Assembly: GCA_963676795.2 (NCBI GenBank)
Contig: CAXXTB010000001.1
Span: forward strand, 992,001-1,056,000
Direction of reading: 5' to 3'
Length of the DNA stretch: 64,000 nt
From: Geopsychrobacteraceae bacterium
GTDB lineage: Bacteria > Desulfobacterota > Desulfuromonadia > Desulfuromonadales > Geopsychrobacteraceae
The translations under genes and the position numbers were made by a program. The notes beneath the pieces were generated by a model, which ran no database searches, was not told the DNA's origin, and worked only from the letters and a program-made list of their open reading frames with translations. Shown here in pieces: positions 1 through 9,896 of the stretch. Each line of letters begins with the position of its first letter. Positions within the stretch are counted from its first letter, which is position 1.

Positions 1-251
1 TCGCCCAGAACAAGGCACGTTGCGCCGCATTTACCGGTCATCCGAGCGGCAAGTCGAGCAAGGCGGGGAACGAGCGGAGCGACCACCATGCCCTGGCGAT
101 CACCATGGCCGCCGGGATGGACAAGATGGTCACCCTGGAAGGGGGGATTCCGATCAAGGTCGACGGCCAGCTGGTCGGCGGCGTGGCCATCAGCGGTGCC
201 GGCCACAGTGACGGTGAAATCGGCCAGATCGCTGTTGCCGCTATCGCCTGA
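1..251 (+). CDS. GlcG/HbpS/PduO-like heme-binding protein (DUF336), 5'-truncated by window edge
   Basis: Frame 3 reads AQNKARCAAF...LEGGIPIKVDGQLVGGVAISGAGHSDGEIGQIAVAAIA-TGA; nt 1-246 are identical to the reverse complement of 36472-36717. Confidence 0.85.
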   Translation, partial: AQNKARCAAFTGHPSGKSSKAGNERSDHHALAITMAAGMDKMVTLEGGIPIKVDGQLVGGVAISGAGHSDGEIGQIAVAAIA

Positions 252-290
252 AACGAATCATAGCTACCAGTCCAATGATGGAGGAAGCCC

Positions 291-1433
291 ATGTCTAAAA
301 CAGATAAACCCGTCATTTTAGCCGATACCACTTTGAAGATCGGCGAGATACGTACCTGGCGAGCCACCATTCGCAGAAAGCAAGTGTGGAAAACGGCCCG
401 TTACACCAAAGGCGATATTGATTCACTGGTCATCGGTATTTCCGATTTCGATGGAAATACCGGCTATGGCTATGTCCCTGCGATGTTTCTCGAAGGGGAA
501 TCCGCTCCTTCAGCGGAAGCTCTGCTCTATACGGTTTTGATGCCGGTCATTACCGGTCGCGAGCATGCCGGAATCCAACCTCTGATGAACGAGCTGGAAC
601 TCGCACTGCGCCATAACCATCAGCTCAAAAACGCCATTGAATGCGCCCTGTTCGATATGATGGCCAAGCGCCTTAATACCCCGATGTTCAACCTGTTCGG
701 CGGACTGTGTTTTTCCGAGTTCCCGGTCATGCGGGCTCTGACTCTCAAGCCGCCAGAGGAGACTGCCGAAAATGCCGTCAAGTTCAAGGAGCAGGGCTAC
801 ACTCACATGAAGCTCAAGGTCGGTCTCGACCCTGTTCGTGACGTTGCAGCGGTCAAAGCTGTGCGCCAGGCGGTTGGCGACGATGTGTTCCTTTCTATCG
901 ATGCCAATCGGTCCTACACGCCGATGCAAGCGATCAATGTCATCAACAAGATGGGCGAATGGGGTCTCAACCTCGCCGAGCAGCCAATCCGCGCCGACGA
1001 CGTCCGCGGCATGGCCTTTGTCCGTAATCACGTCAATGTGCCGATTATGGCCGATGAAGGTGTGCGGACTCCGGCTGAAGCTGCTCGTTTGATCGAAGCC
1101 GGTGCCGTTGACGCATGCAGTATCAAGCTGTGGAATGTTGGCGGACCGATGAAGGGCAAAGAAATCGCCGCCCTGTGCAATGCCAATAACTGCTTTACCC
1201 ATATTGCGACAACGCCGGGTAGCCAGGTCATGGAAGCTGCACAGCTGCATTTTGCCGCTTCGACGCCGAGCATGTTCGCCGGTGTCGAGCTCGCCGAGTG
1301 CATGGCCCTGCTCGACGACCCTGGTCAGGGACTGGAAATCGTCAACGGGACTCTGAAGGTCCCGATGGGACCTGGTCTGGGGATCAATATCGATTTAAGT
1401 GGTGCGACCGATACCACCCCGGCGAAATCGTAG
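291..1433 (+). CDS. Mandelate racemase/muconate lactonizing enzyme (enolase superfamily; MLE/dipeptide-epimerase-like subgroup)
   Basis: KxK motif (MKLKVG), metal ligands DAN/EQP/DE, second Lys (SIKL); GGAGG RBS. Confidence 0.85.
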   Translation: MSKTDKPVILADTTLKIGEIRTWRATIRRKQVWKTARYTKGDIDSLVIGISDFDGNTGYGYVPAMFLEGESAPSAEALLYTVLMPVITGREHAGIQPLMNELELALRHNHQLKNAIECALFDMMAKRLNTPMFNLFGGLCFSEFPVMRALTLKPPEETAENAVKFKEQGYTHMKLKVGLDPVRDVAAVKAVRQAVGDDVFLSIDANRSYTPMQAINVINKMGEWGLNLAEQPIRADDVRGMAFVRNHVNVPIMADEGVRTPAEAARLIEAGAVDACSIKLWNVGGPMKGKEIAALCNANNCFTHIATTPGSQVMEAAQLHFAASTPSMFAGVELAECMALLDDPGQGLEIVNGTLKVPMGPGLGINIDLSGATDTTPAKS

Positions 1434-1581
1434 AACAAGGCGAGTCACGCATTCCATAAGGGGTGCGTGACTCAATCGTGCCTGACTGACGAAGACGCTG
1501 ACACACAATGCCGGCAATTCTCCGTGATCTTCCGGCAGCGAAATTGACAATGCACAGATGCCAGAAGGCAGGAGGAGCAGC

Positions 1582-3021
1582 ATGAAGCAGCAAATAGATA
1601 CCAAACAGGACGAGGTCACAGCGATCATCTCGCGTTTTATCGCTGAAACTCAGTACGATCAAATCCCGCCACAGGTCGTCGACAGGATCAAGAAAAGCAT
1701 CCTCGATACGATCGGTATTATTATTCCTGCGACACAGCTGATGCCCGAACTCAAACCGCCAATCGATCTGTTCCTCGATGCCGGCGGCAAGGAGGAGAGT
1801 ACCGTTTTTGCTTATGGCCGGAAATTGCCGAGTTGGGCGGCCACCTTTGCCAATGGCATCAGGGGACATGCCCTCGATTACGCCGATGGCCACCTTGAGG
1901 CGGTTTTCAGGGTCGGAATCAGTGTTATCCCGGCTGCTCTGGCGCTCGCCGAAAAAAAAGGCAAGGTCAGCGGCAAAGAGCTGATTACCGCGGTCGGTGT
2001 AGCGGAAGAGGTCCTTTGCCGGCTCGGCATTGCCGTCGCCCGTCGGCGCAGCGTCAAGCGCCTGGGCCCCTGGCATGCCGGGATCCTGATGGGCAATTTC
2101 GGCGCTGCGGCCGCTGCGGCCCGGATGCTCGATCTCGATGCTGACAAGACCGAAAGAGCCCTGGGGATCGCTTATCTGCAGACCGGCGGTACTGAGGTTG
2201 TCGTTGCACCCGACTGTAACATCCGCGGCATGTATGCGGGTTTTGTTGGCAAGACCGGGGTTATTGCCGCCCTGCTCTCTGAAAAAGGACTTTTGGGGCC
2301 ACGTGGTTGCCTGGGGCATCCTGACGGTCTGTTCAATGTTTATCTCAACAATGCCTATGATCGTGACGCCCTGGTCGAAAACCTGGGTAGCGAATACGAA
2401 CTGATAGATCTGAGCTTCAAGCCCTGGCCGGCCTGTGCCCTTGCTCATACCTATATTGACGCGATGCTCGGCCTACGGGCGGAACATAATCTGCGTGTCG
2501 AAGATATCGACAAGATCGAGGTCTTCTCCGGTGAAATGAGCAAGGGGCTCTGCCTGCCGATCAATCTCGCGGAAGGGAAAATCCCCCAGACGACCAACGA
2601 TGCCAAGCGCAGCATCCCGTTTAACGTTGCTGTGGCAGCGCTCAAAGGGAATGTCCAGTTCCAGGATTTTACCCAGGACGGTATGCGCGATCCCGAGGTG
2701 CTGAAGATCGCTGAAAAAGTCGTCCTGGTCATGGAGCCTGAATTTGACGATGAGTCGATCCTGGCCAAGGGAAACGGACTGCCGCCCGGCAAGATCGCCG
2801 TGACAACGAAGCAGGGACAGGTCCTGACCAAGCAGACCGATTTCCCTTACGGACACCATCACAATCCGATCAAGGCCGGGGATATCATCGAAAAATTCAA
2901 GGATTGCCTCGAGTTTTCGCCGAAACCGATGTCGCCGGGCAACAGGGATCTGGTCATCGAGAAGATCCTCAACCTGGAGGAGGTCGCCGATGTCCGGGAG
3001 ATTATCGAGTTGCTCGCTTAA
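1582..3021 (+). CDS. MmgE/PrpD family protein
   Basis: ANGxxGHALDYAD, SFKPWPAC, C-terminal GHHHNP...EKF motifs; RBS AGGAGG before ATG 1582. Confidence 0.85.
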   Translation: MKQQIDTKQDEVTAIISRFIAETQYDQIPPQVVDRIKKSILDTIGIIIPATQLMPELKPPIDLFLDAGGKEESTVFAYGRKLPSWAATFANGIRGHALDYADGHLEAVFRVGISVIPAALALAEKKGKVSGKELITAVGVAEEVLCRLGIAVARRRSVKRLGPWHAGILMGNFGAAAAAARMLDLDADKTERALGIAYLQTGGTEVVVAPDCNIRGMYAGFVGKTGVIAALLSEKGLLGPRGCLGHPDGLFNVYLNNAYDRDALVENLGSEYELIDLSFKPWPACALAHTYIDAMLGLRAEHNLRVEDIDKIEVFSGEMSKGLCLPINLAEGKIPQTTNDAKRSIPFNVAVAALKGNVQFQDFTQDGMRDPEVLKIAEKVVLVMEPEFDDESILAKGNGLPPGKIAVTTKQGQVLTKQTDFPYGHHHNPIKAGDIIEKFKDCLEFSPKPMSPGNRDLVIEKILNLEEVADVREIIELLA

Positions 3022-3151
3022 TTAAGTAAAACAATGGAGAATCTGCCACAAGCCTGTAGAATGTGATGCCGTGCATGTATGGAAACCTCGTTTTTTCTTA
3101 ACGACAATGTCAGAGCGGTTCAAGTGACGAAACCATAAAGAGGAGCTGATA

Positions 3152-4621
3152 ATGACTGTTAAATACCAGATGTACATCAACGGAGAATGGACAGACAGTT
3201 CGTCAGGAGAAACCTTTCCAACTGAAAATCCGTACAACGGCGAAACCTGGGCCCTGATCCCGAGCGGGACAAAAGAGGATGCCGAACGGGCGATCGCTGG
3301 GGCCAAGTATGCATTTGATAATGAATGGAGCCAGGTCAATGGGGCCAAGCGCTCCATGCTGATGCACAAGCTCGCGGACCTGATCGATGAAAACGCACCC
3401 TTGTTGTCCAAGGTAGAAAGCACGGATAACGGTAAAGTGACCCGGGAAACCGAGGCCCAGATGCATCATGTCGCCAGGCAGGTGCGCTACTTCGCCGGTT
3501 ATGCCGACAAGATTCATGGCAAGACCATTCCGCTGGATAACCTGGCCATGTTTGATTATACCTTGCGCGAACCACTCGGTGTTGTGGTCATGATCACGCC
3601 CTGGAATTCGCCGATTTCATTGCTGGCCAACAAGCTGTGTCCGGCTCTGGCGGCAGGGAATACCGCGGTTGTCAAACCCTCCAGAAACACCTCGGCATCG
3701 ACGCTGGAATTTGCCAAGCTGGTCGAAGCCGCCGGCTTCCCCAAAGGGGTCTTCAATGTTGTCACCGGCAGCGTCGGCGACTATCTGACCGGCTCGCCGT
3801 TGGTGAACAAGATCAGTCTGACCGGCGGAACCGAAGTCGCGCAGCAGATTCTCGGTCAGGCAACGAAAAATATCACCAAGGTGGCCATGGAACTCGGAGG
3901 TAAGAGTCCGAACGTCATCTTTGCCGATGCGAACCTGGAAAGAGCCATCATCGGTGCCTTGACGGGGGTTTTCCAGGCCGCGGGGCAAACCTGCGTTGCC
4001 GGCTCGCGCTTGATTGTCGAAGAAGCAGTTTACGACCGGGTCGTCAGCGAGGTTGTCGAGAAAGCCAAGGCGATCAAGCTGGGCAGTCCCTTCGCTGCCG
4101 ACACGGGGATGGGGCCGGTCGCCAACAAGAACCAGTACGATCATATCCTGTCGCTGATCGATCAGGCGGTTGCCGAGGGGGCCAAGGTTCTGACCGGTGG
4201 CAAACGGGCGGAAGCGCCGGAACTGGCCAACGGGTATTTTATCGAGCCGACCATCCTGGAAGTCACAAACGACATGATGATCGCCCAGACTGAGGTTTTT
4301 GGACCTGTCCTCTGTGTGATCAAGTTCCGTAGCGAGGAGGAGGCTGTGCAGATTGCCAATGATACCTTGTATGGGCTGGCCGCCGGGATCTGGACCAATG
4401 ATCTGTCTCGCGCTCACCGCATGGCCAAAGCTATCAAGGCGGGGATGGTGTGGGTCAATACCTACCGGACCCTTGCACCGCAGACGCCGTTCGGTGGTTT
4501 TAAGCTCAGTGGCTACGGCAAGGAACGTGGTGAAGAAGCGATGATGGAATACACCCAGGTGAAGAACGTGGCTATGGATCTGTCCTCCGTTGTTTACGAT
4601 CAGTATACGATGCGCAGCTGA
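3152..4621 (+). CDS. Aldehyde dehydrogenase (NAD(P)+)
   Basis: PWN, ELGGKSP, GQTCVAG, EVFGPV, PFGGFKLSG motifs. Confidence 0.95.
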   Translation: MTVKYQMYINGEWTDSSSGETFPTENPYNGETWALIPSGTKEDAERAIAGAKYAFDNEWSQVNGAKRSMLMHKLADLIDENAPLLSKVESTDNGKVTRETEAQMHHVARQVRYFAGYADKIHGKTIPLDNLAMFDYTLREPLGVVVMITPWNSPISLLANKLCPALAAGNTAVVKPSRNTSASTLEFAKLVEAAGFPKGVFNVVTGSVGDYLTGSPLVNKISLTGGTEVAQQILGQATKNITKVAMELGGKSPNVIFADANLERAIIGALTGVFQAAGQTCVAGSRLIVEEAVYDRVVSEVVEKAKAIKLGSPFAADTGMGPVANKNQYDHILSLIDQAVAEGAKVLTGGKRAEAPELANGYFIEPTILEVTNDMMIAQTEVFGPVLCVIKFRSEEEAVQIANDTLYGLAAGIWTNDLSRAHRMAKAIKAGMVWVNTYRTLAPQTPFGGFKLSGYGKERGEEAMMEYTQVKNVAMDLSSVVYDQYTMRS

Positions 4622-4648
4622 TAACCTCCTGGTCCTGCTCATAACCGA

Positions 4649-4681
4649 GGTGCCCCGGAACCTGAATGGTTCCGGGGCACC
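4649..4681 (+). terminator. Stem-loop after ALDH (probable terminator)
   Basis: 14-bp perfect inverted repeat GGTGCCCCGGAACC/GGTTCCGGGGCACC; weak U-tract. Confidence 0.6.
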
Positions 4682-4815
4682 CTGACTTTATCTGCTTGGT
4701 ATGATACTGATTGATTTTTTCTCACCTTGCGGACTATTCTGGCAATGTCTTTGCCCACTTTAGGCCGCCCCTCCTGTCTGCCGGTAAATCCAGTTCAGAC
4801 GATTTCCATCTTGGA

Positions 4816-4849
4816 TTGACAGTCTGTCGCTTATTGTATACAGTATACA
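4816..4849 (+). promoter_or_regulatory. sigma70 promoter of acnB overlapped by a palindromic operator
   Basis: TTGACA (4816-4821), 17 nt, TACAGT (4839-4844); perfect dyad TGTATAC-A-GTATACA at 4835-4849. Confidence 0.65.
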
Positions 4850-4934
4850 TTTCTTATGTCCGCCGTTTGCGGATGGTAACAGCGCGTATCTACGTCACTT
4901 AAGTGAGAGCATAAAACATATATTGGAGGAGAGT

Positions 4935-7472
4935 ATGATAGAGGCTTATTTAGCGCATCAGGAAGAGAGGAATTCTCAAGGGATACCGGCTCTGCCATTG
5001 AACCCCGGGCAAACATCCGACCTTTGCGGCCTGCTGCAGAACCCACCGAGTGGCAAGGAAGACTTCCTGCTCGAACTGTTTACCGAACGGATTTCCCCTG
5101 GTGTTGATCCCGCTGCGGAAGTCAAAGCCACTTTTCTGGCCGCTATTCTGGCGGGAAACAAAAGTTCACCGTTGATTGACAAGAAAAAAGCGGTCCGGAT
5201 TCTTGGTACGATGATCGGTGGCTACAACGTTCAGCCGCTGATTGACGCTCTGAGTGATGCCGTTCTGGCTGAAGACGCTGCTACTGCACTGACCGGTCTG
5301 ACCTACGTCTATGACGCGGCCGATCAGGTTATTGCGCTGGCCAAATCCAATGCTGCTGCACAGAGGGTTGTTGACAGCTGGGCTAACGCCGAATGGTTCA
5401 CCAAGCGGACGGGGGTCCCTGAAGTCGTTACTGTCAGGATCTTCAAGGTTGACGGTGAAATCAATACCGATGATTTCTCTCCCGCAGGCGATGCCTGGAG
5501 CCGCCCGGATATCCCGCTGCACGCTCTGGCCATGGGCAAAACCCGTTTCCCCGGTGGTATTGAAGAGATCGCCAAATGGCGTGCAGAAGGGTACCAGGTT
5601 GCCTTTGTTGGCGACGTCGTCGGTACCGGTTCTTCACGTAAGAGCGCCTGCAACTCGGTTCTCTGGCATATCGGCAACGATATCCCCTGTGTTCCGAACA
5701 AGCGGACCGGCGGTATCATCATTGGTGGTGCGATTGCGCCGATTTTCTTCAACACTGCCCAGGACTCCGGGGCTCTGCCACTGGTGATGGATGTGGCCAA
5801 CCTCAACATGGGGGATGTCGTCACGATCAATACCTCAAAAGGGGAGGTCACCAACGCCGCAGGCGAAGTTCTTTCTACCTTCAGCATTAAGCCAGATTCC
5901 GTGGCCGATGAATACCAGGCCGGTGGCCGCATCCCGTTGATTATCGGTCGTGCCGTGACCGATAAGGCGCGCGCTGCGCTGGGACTGTCGGGCATCGAGA
6001 TCTTCAAGGAAACCGTCAATCCGGAACCGAAGCCGGGGCAGGGCTACACGATGGCACAGAAACTGGTCGGTAAGGCCTGTGGTGTCGAAGGCGTACTGCC
6101 GGGGACAGCCTGCGAACCGAAGATGGCCACCGTCGGTTCCCAGGATACCACCGGGCCGATGACGGCCGATGAGCTGAAGGAATTGGCCTGCCTGAAATTT
6201 CAGGCCCCGATGTTCATGCAGAGCTTCTGCCATACCGCCGCATATCCGAAACCGGCTGATGTCAAGATGCACAAAACCCTACCGGATTTCGTTGCAGAAC
6301 GTGGCGGCGTCGCTCTGCGCCCGGGCGACGGTGTCATTCACTCCTGGCTGAACCGTCTGCTGGTTCCGGAAACTGTCGGAACCGGTGGGGACAGTCACAC
6401 CCGTTTCCCGATCGGCCTCAGTTTCCCTGCCGGTTCCGGTCTGGTCGCTTTCGCCGGGGCGATGGGCTTCATGCCGCTCGATATGCCGGAATCGGTTCTG
6501 GTCCGCTTCAAAGGGGAATTCAATCCGGGAATCACTCTGCGTGATGCCGTCAATGCCATCCCTTACTGGGCGATCAAGCAGGGACTGCTGACCGTCGCGA
6601 AAAAGAACAAGATCAACATTTTCAATGGCCGGATTCTCGAAATGGAGGGGCTGCCGAATCTTTCTGTTGAGCAGGCTTACGAATTGTGCGATGCCGTTGC
6701 CGAGCGTTCAGCGGCCGCCGGTTGTATCGACCTTTCCGTCGAGACGGTCAGTGCCTACCTGCGCTCCAACATTGCGCTGATGGAAAAGATGATCGAGGAC
6801 GGTTACAGCGGTGCGGAAGCGCTGCGCAATCGGATCGATGACGTCAAAGAATGGCTGAAGAATCCGGTTCTGTCGAAGGCCGACAGCAACGCCGAGTATG
6901 CTGCCGTGATCGAGATCGATCTGGCTGAGATCACCGAACCGATCCTCGCCTGTCCGAACGATCCGGATGATGTCAAGCTGCTTTCCGAAGTGGCCGGAAC
7001 CCCGATTCAGGACGTTTTCCTCGGTTCCTGCATGACCAACATCGGCCACTTTCGGGCGACTGCCGAGATCTGGCGGGGGCAGAAATTCAATACCTCCGTA
7101 CGCAACTGGATCTGTCCGCCAACCCGGATGGATCAGAAGCAACTCAAAGACGAGGCGGTTTTCACCGTTTTCAGTGATGTCGGGGCGCGGATCGAAATTG
7201 CCGGCTGCTCATTGTGCATGGGCAACCAGGCGCGGGTTCCGGACGGTGTCAACATGTTCTCCACTTCGACCCGTAACTTTGATAACCGGATCGGTAACGG
7301 TGCCCGGGTCTATCTCGGGTCGACCGAGCTCGGTGCCGTAACCGGCCTGCTTGGCAAACTTCCGACACCGGCCGAGTACCTGGCCGTCTATCAGGAAAAG
7401 GTGGCGCCAAAGGCAGAGCAGATCTACTCCTATCTGCAGTTTGACGAAATGCCGGAATGCATGGAACTCTGA
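4935..7472 (+). CDS. acnB: Aconitate hydratase B (bifunctional aconitase 2/2-methylisocitrate dehydratase)
   Basis: HEAT-like N-terminus, TDDFSPA, GSSRKSA, SQDTTGPMT, GSCMTN, CSLCMGNQAR motifs; GGAGG RBS. Confidence 0.95.
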   Translation: MIEAYLAHQEERNSQGIPALPLNPGQTSDLCGLLQNPPSGKEDFLLELFTERISPGVDPAAEVKATFLAAILAGNKSSPLIDKKKAVRILGTMIGGYNVQPLIDALSDAVLAEDAATALTGLTYVYDAADQVIALAKSNAAAQRVVDSWANAEWFTKRTGVPEVVTVRIFKVDGEINTDDFSPAGDAWSRPDIPLHALAMGKTRFPGGIEEIAKWRAEGYQVAFVGDVVGTGSSRKSACNSVLWHIGNDIPCVPNKRTGGIIIGGAIAPIFFNTAQDSGALPLVMDVANLNMGDVVTINTSKGEVTNAAGEVLSTFSIKPDSVADEYQAGGRIPLIIGRAVTDKARAALGLSGIEIFKETVNPEPKPGQGYTMAQKLVGKACGVEGVLPGTACEPKMATVGSQDTTGPMTADELKELACLKFQAPMFMQSFCHTAAYPKPADVKMHKTLPDFVAERGGVALRPGDGVIHSWLNRLLVPETVGTGGDSHTRFPIGLSFPAGSGLVAFAGAMGFMPLDMPESVLVRFKGEFNPGITLRDAVNAIPYWAIKQGLLTVAKKNKINIFNGRILEMEGLPNLSVEQAYELCDAVAERSAAAGCIDLSVETVSAYLRSNIALMEKMIEDGYSGAEALRNRIDDVKEWLKNPVLSKADSNAEYAAVIEIDLAEITEPILACPNDPDDVKLLSEVAGTPIQDVFLGSCMTNIGHFRATAEIWRGQKFNTSVRNWICPPTRMDQKQLKDEAVFTVFSDVGARIEIAGCSLCMGNQARVPDGVNMFSTSTRNFDNRIGNGARVYLGSTELGAVTGLLGKLPTPAEYLAVYQEKVAPKAEQIYSYLQFDEMPECMEL

Positions 7473-7494
7473 TGTTTTAAAGTTGTTCAAATTG

Positions 7495-7530
7495 AAACGG
7501 CCGCCTTGAAAAAGGTGGCCGTTTTTTTTT
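7495..7530 (+). terminator. Rho-independent terminator after acnB
   Basis: AAACGGCCGCCTT-GAAA-AAGGTGGCCGTTT followed by a T run. Confidence 0.85.
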
Positions 7531-7561
7531 CAAAAGCTTTTTCTGTGAAGGGCAAGAACCT

Positions 7562-8872
7562 TCAGGAAAAGCCCGGTGATGATTCGCTGTTCTTCTTATC
7601 TGGCGCGAAAGGGAGTTCCGGATCGATATGATAACTGATGCCAAAGCGTCCAGATCCGAAGCAAAGCTTCAGCCCGCGATATTTTGTTAGGTAAAACAGG
7701 ATGATGATGGATGTTACGAACCCGGCAATCGCTCCCACGCCCAAGGCCCAGCGCGGGCCGAAACGATCGGCCACCCAGCCGACGATCGGTGCGCCGATCA
7801 GGGTACTGCCACGCGCGACAGCGATGCGCAGGGCCATGACCCGGCCACGCATGGTCGGTTCGGTCATCAGCTGCATCAGGCTGTTCGATGAATTCATGAA
7901 AGTCAAGGCTGAGACCCCGATAAAAGGAAGGACAATGCCGAACATCCAGTAGTTCGGGGCAATGGACGCCAATAGCGCAACCAGTCCCAGGGAGATGCTT
8001 CCGGTGAGCAGCAGGGGGATGCCGGGGCGTTCCCGGCGTGCGGCAAGGAGAGCGCCGATAATTGTTCCCAGCGCCATCATCGAACTCAGCAGGCCGTAGA
8101 GGGTGGCATCGGCGTGGAAAACCGACACCGTCATGGTTGAGATAAAGATCGGGAAGTTCATGACGAAGCCGCCGATCAAAAACAGGGTGACAATAATCAG
8201 TTTCAGATCCGGACGTTTCCAGGCGTAACCAAATCCATCGATCAGGCGACTTTGGGTTCGCTTAACGCGGGTTCTGGGGTGTAGTTCGGCGGTCCGTAAA
8301 AATGCCAGGGAACACAAGATCGCGACGAAGGATGCGCTGTTGATCAGGAAGGCGACCCCCGTGCTGGTGGCGATGATAAGGACGCCGGCGACCGCCGGGC
8401 CGATCATGCGAGCCGCATTGAACGAGGTTGAGTTCAGACCAACGGCATTGGCCAGGTGCTTTTCGCCGACCAGCTCGACGACGAAGGTGTGCCGGGCAGG
8501 GGCGTCAAAGGCTGTGACGCAGCCGAACAGAAAAGAGAAGATGTAGACATGCCAGAGTTCTATCAGCCCGGTGACAGTCAGCAGGCCGAGAAGCAGTGAC
8601 AGGACGGCCATGATCGCCTGAGTGACCATCAGGAAACGGCGCCGGTCGAAGTAGTCAGCGGTGAAGCCGGTGAGTGGAAACAGAAACAGGATCGGTCCGA
8701 ACTGGCAGGCCATCATCAGGCCGACGGCGGTCGCATTATGATGGGTCAGTTCGGTGAGTACCAGCCAGTCCTGGGCTGTACGCTGTAACCATGTTCCGAT
8801 GTTGGATAAGAACGTTCCGCAGATATAGATCCGGTAATTATAACTGGAGAGAGAGCGGAAGATACCACTCAT
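7562..8872 (-). CDS. MFS transporter (MFS_3/DHA3-like)
   Basis: About 12 hydrophobic segments; motif A (GFTADYFDRRR); NAARMIGPAVAG. Confidence 0.85.
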   Translation of the reverse strand: MSGIFRSLSSYNYRIYICGTFLSNIGTWLQRTAQDWLVLTELTHHNATAVGLMMACQFGPILFLFPLTGFTADYFDRRRFLMVTQAIMAVLSLLLGLLTVTGLIELWHVYIFSFLFGCVTAFDAPARHTFVVELVGEKHLANAVGLNSTSFNAARMIGPAVAGVLIIATSTGVAFLINSASFVAILCSLAFLRTAELHPRTRVKRTQSRLIDGFGYAWKRPDLKLIIVTLFLIGGFVMNFPIFISTMTVSVFHADATLYGLLSSMMALGTIIGALLAARRERPGIPLLLTGSISLGLVALLASIAPNYWMFGIVLPFIGVSALTFMNSSNSLMQLMTEPTMRGRVMALRIAVARGSTLIGAPIVGWVADRFGPRWALGVGAIAGFVTSIIILFYLTKYRGLKLCFGSGRFGISYHIDPELPFAPDKKNSESSPGFS

Positions 8873-8937
8873 CGGAACCCTGCATTGTAATCTGTGCAAC
8901 TGTGACAGGGGGGAGTTTTCTCTGTAACAGATGGCAC

Positions 8938-9657
8938 TTAATGCTCAATCCAGTTCATGAATTGTTTGCGCGACTCTGCATCCGCCTGTTGCCACCAGAA
9001 CTTCAGCATCTGTACCGACATGCTGGTTGCCTCGGCTTGCTGAGACGATGTCATCTCTGGAGCAACCAACTCGACAGAGGCTGACATTTCAGGTCGTGGA
9101 GCCGTAGTCGTTGTACTCTGAGCGGTTCTTGCCTGCCATGTCTCGGTTCTGACGGGAGGAACCGCTGCAGGAGAATCGGTCTTGTTGAAGCTTTCCAACT
9201 CGCGTGCAAAATCCCGAAAAATCGCAAAACCTTTTGAGTCCAGGCGCTCGAATTCAAAATCAACAGGCGTCCCCCTGTCGGTCAGAATTTTGATATCCGG
9301 CTTTTTGTCGAATTGTGCAACATCAAAATCCTCCCTGAACGCAGGCATAATGAGCCGTAATGTCTGATCCGCAGCCTCAAACTTGATGACATAAGCTGCC
9401 GACTGAACCTTGTCCGGGAAGGCCGTATTGTCGTCGGATGAATACAGCAATCCTTCATAACGGATAACCAGCTGACTTACCCCGTTTGGCAGATTGGCGT
9501 TTTTCTCCATTGTGATATTCTCACCATTTAAGGCAAGCACATCGACATCTTCTGGAAGGGCTAAGCGTACATCTGCGCAGGCTGATGAAGCCATCAGAAG
9601 GACAGCGGTCAGAAAGGACAGGCATGAACATACTGCGCAGTTGAAAAAAAACCTCAT
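8938..9657 (-). CDS. DUF2057 (YccT/UPF0319-like) exported protein
   Basis: Signal peptide; C-terminal MLKFWWQQADAESRKQFMNWI is typical of the family. Confidence 0.65.
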   Translation of the reverse strand: MRFFFNCAVCSCLSFLTAVLLMASSACADVRLALPEDVDVLALNGENITMEKNANLPNGVSQLVIRYEGLLYSSDDNTAFPDKVQSAAYVIKFEAADQTLRLIMPAFREDFDVAQFDKKPDIKILTDRGTPVDFEFERLDSKGFAIFRDFARELESFNKTDSPAAVPPVRTETWQARTAQSTTTTAPRPEMSASVELVAPEMTSSQQAEATSMSVQMLKFWWQQADAESRKQFMNWIEH

Positions 9658-9801
9658 AATGACTGTACTCCCTTCGAAAATGTAAATGACAGATGTCGCG
9701 TCTAGACTATAAAAGCCTTCTCAGTTCACTTTCGCATTTAAACTTTCATCAAATATATGAACTATAATCTGTACTGATATTATTTGGATGACAATTAAAA
9801 T

Positions 9802-9838
9802 AAACCGCCCCTCCAGATTTATTTCGGAGGGGCGGTTT
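9802..9838 (-). terminator. Rho-independent terminator after porin
   Basis: AAACCGCCCCTCC/GGAGGGGCGGTTT stem with A/T flanks. Confidence 0.7.
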
Positions 9839-9896
9839 TGCTTGCTGCCCTCGCCCCAGTAGTTTCTGGAGAGAGGGCGACTGTTACGCTAACCTC

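Noticed and set aside
4616..4624. ALDH TGA as a possible Sec codon
   Set aside because: Immediately followed by TAA and the protein is complete
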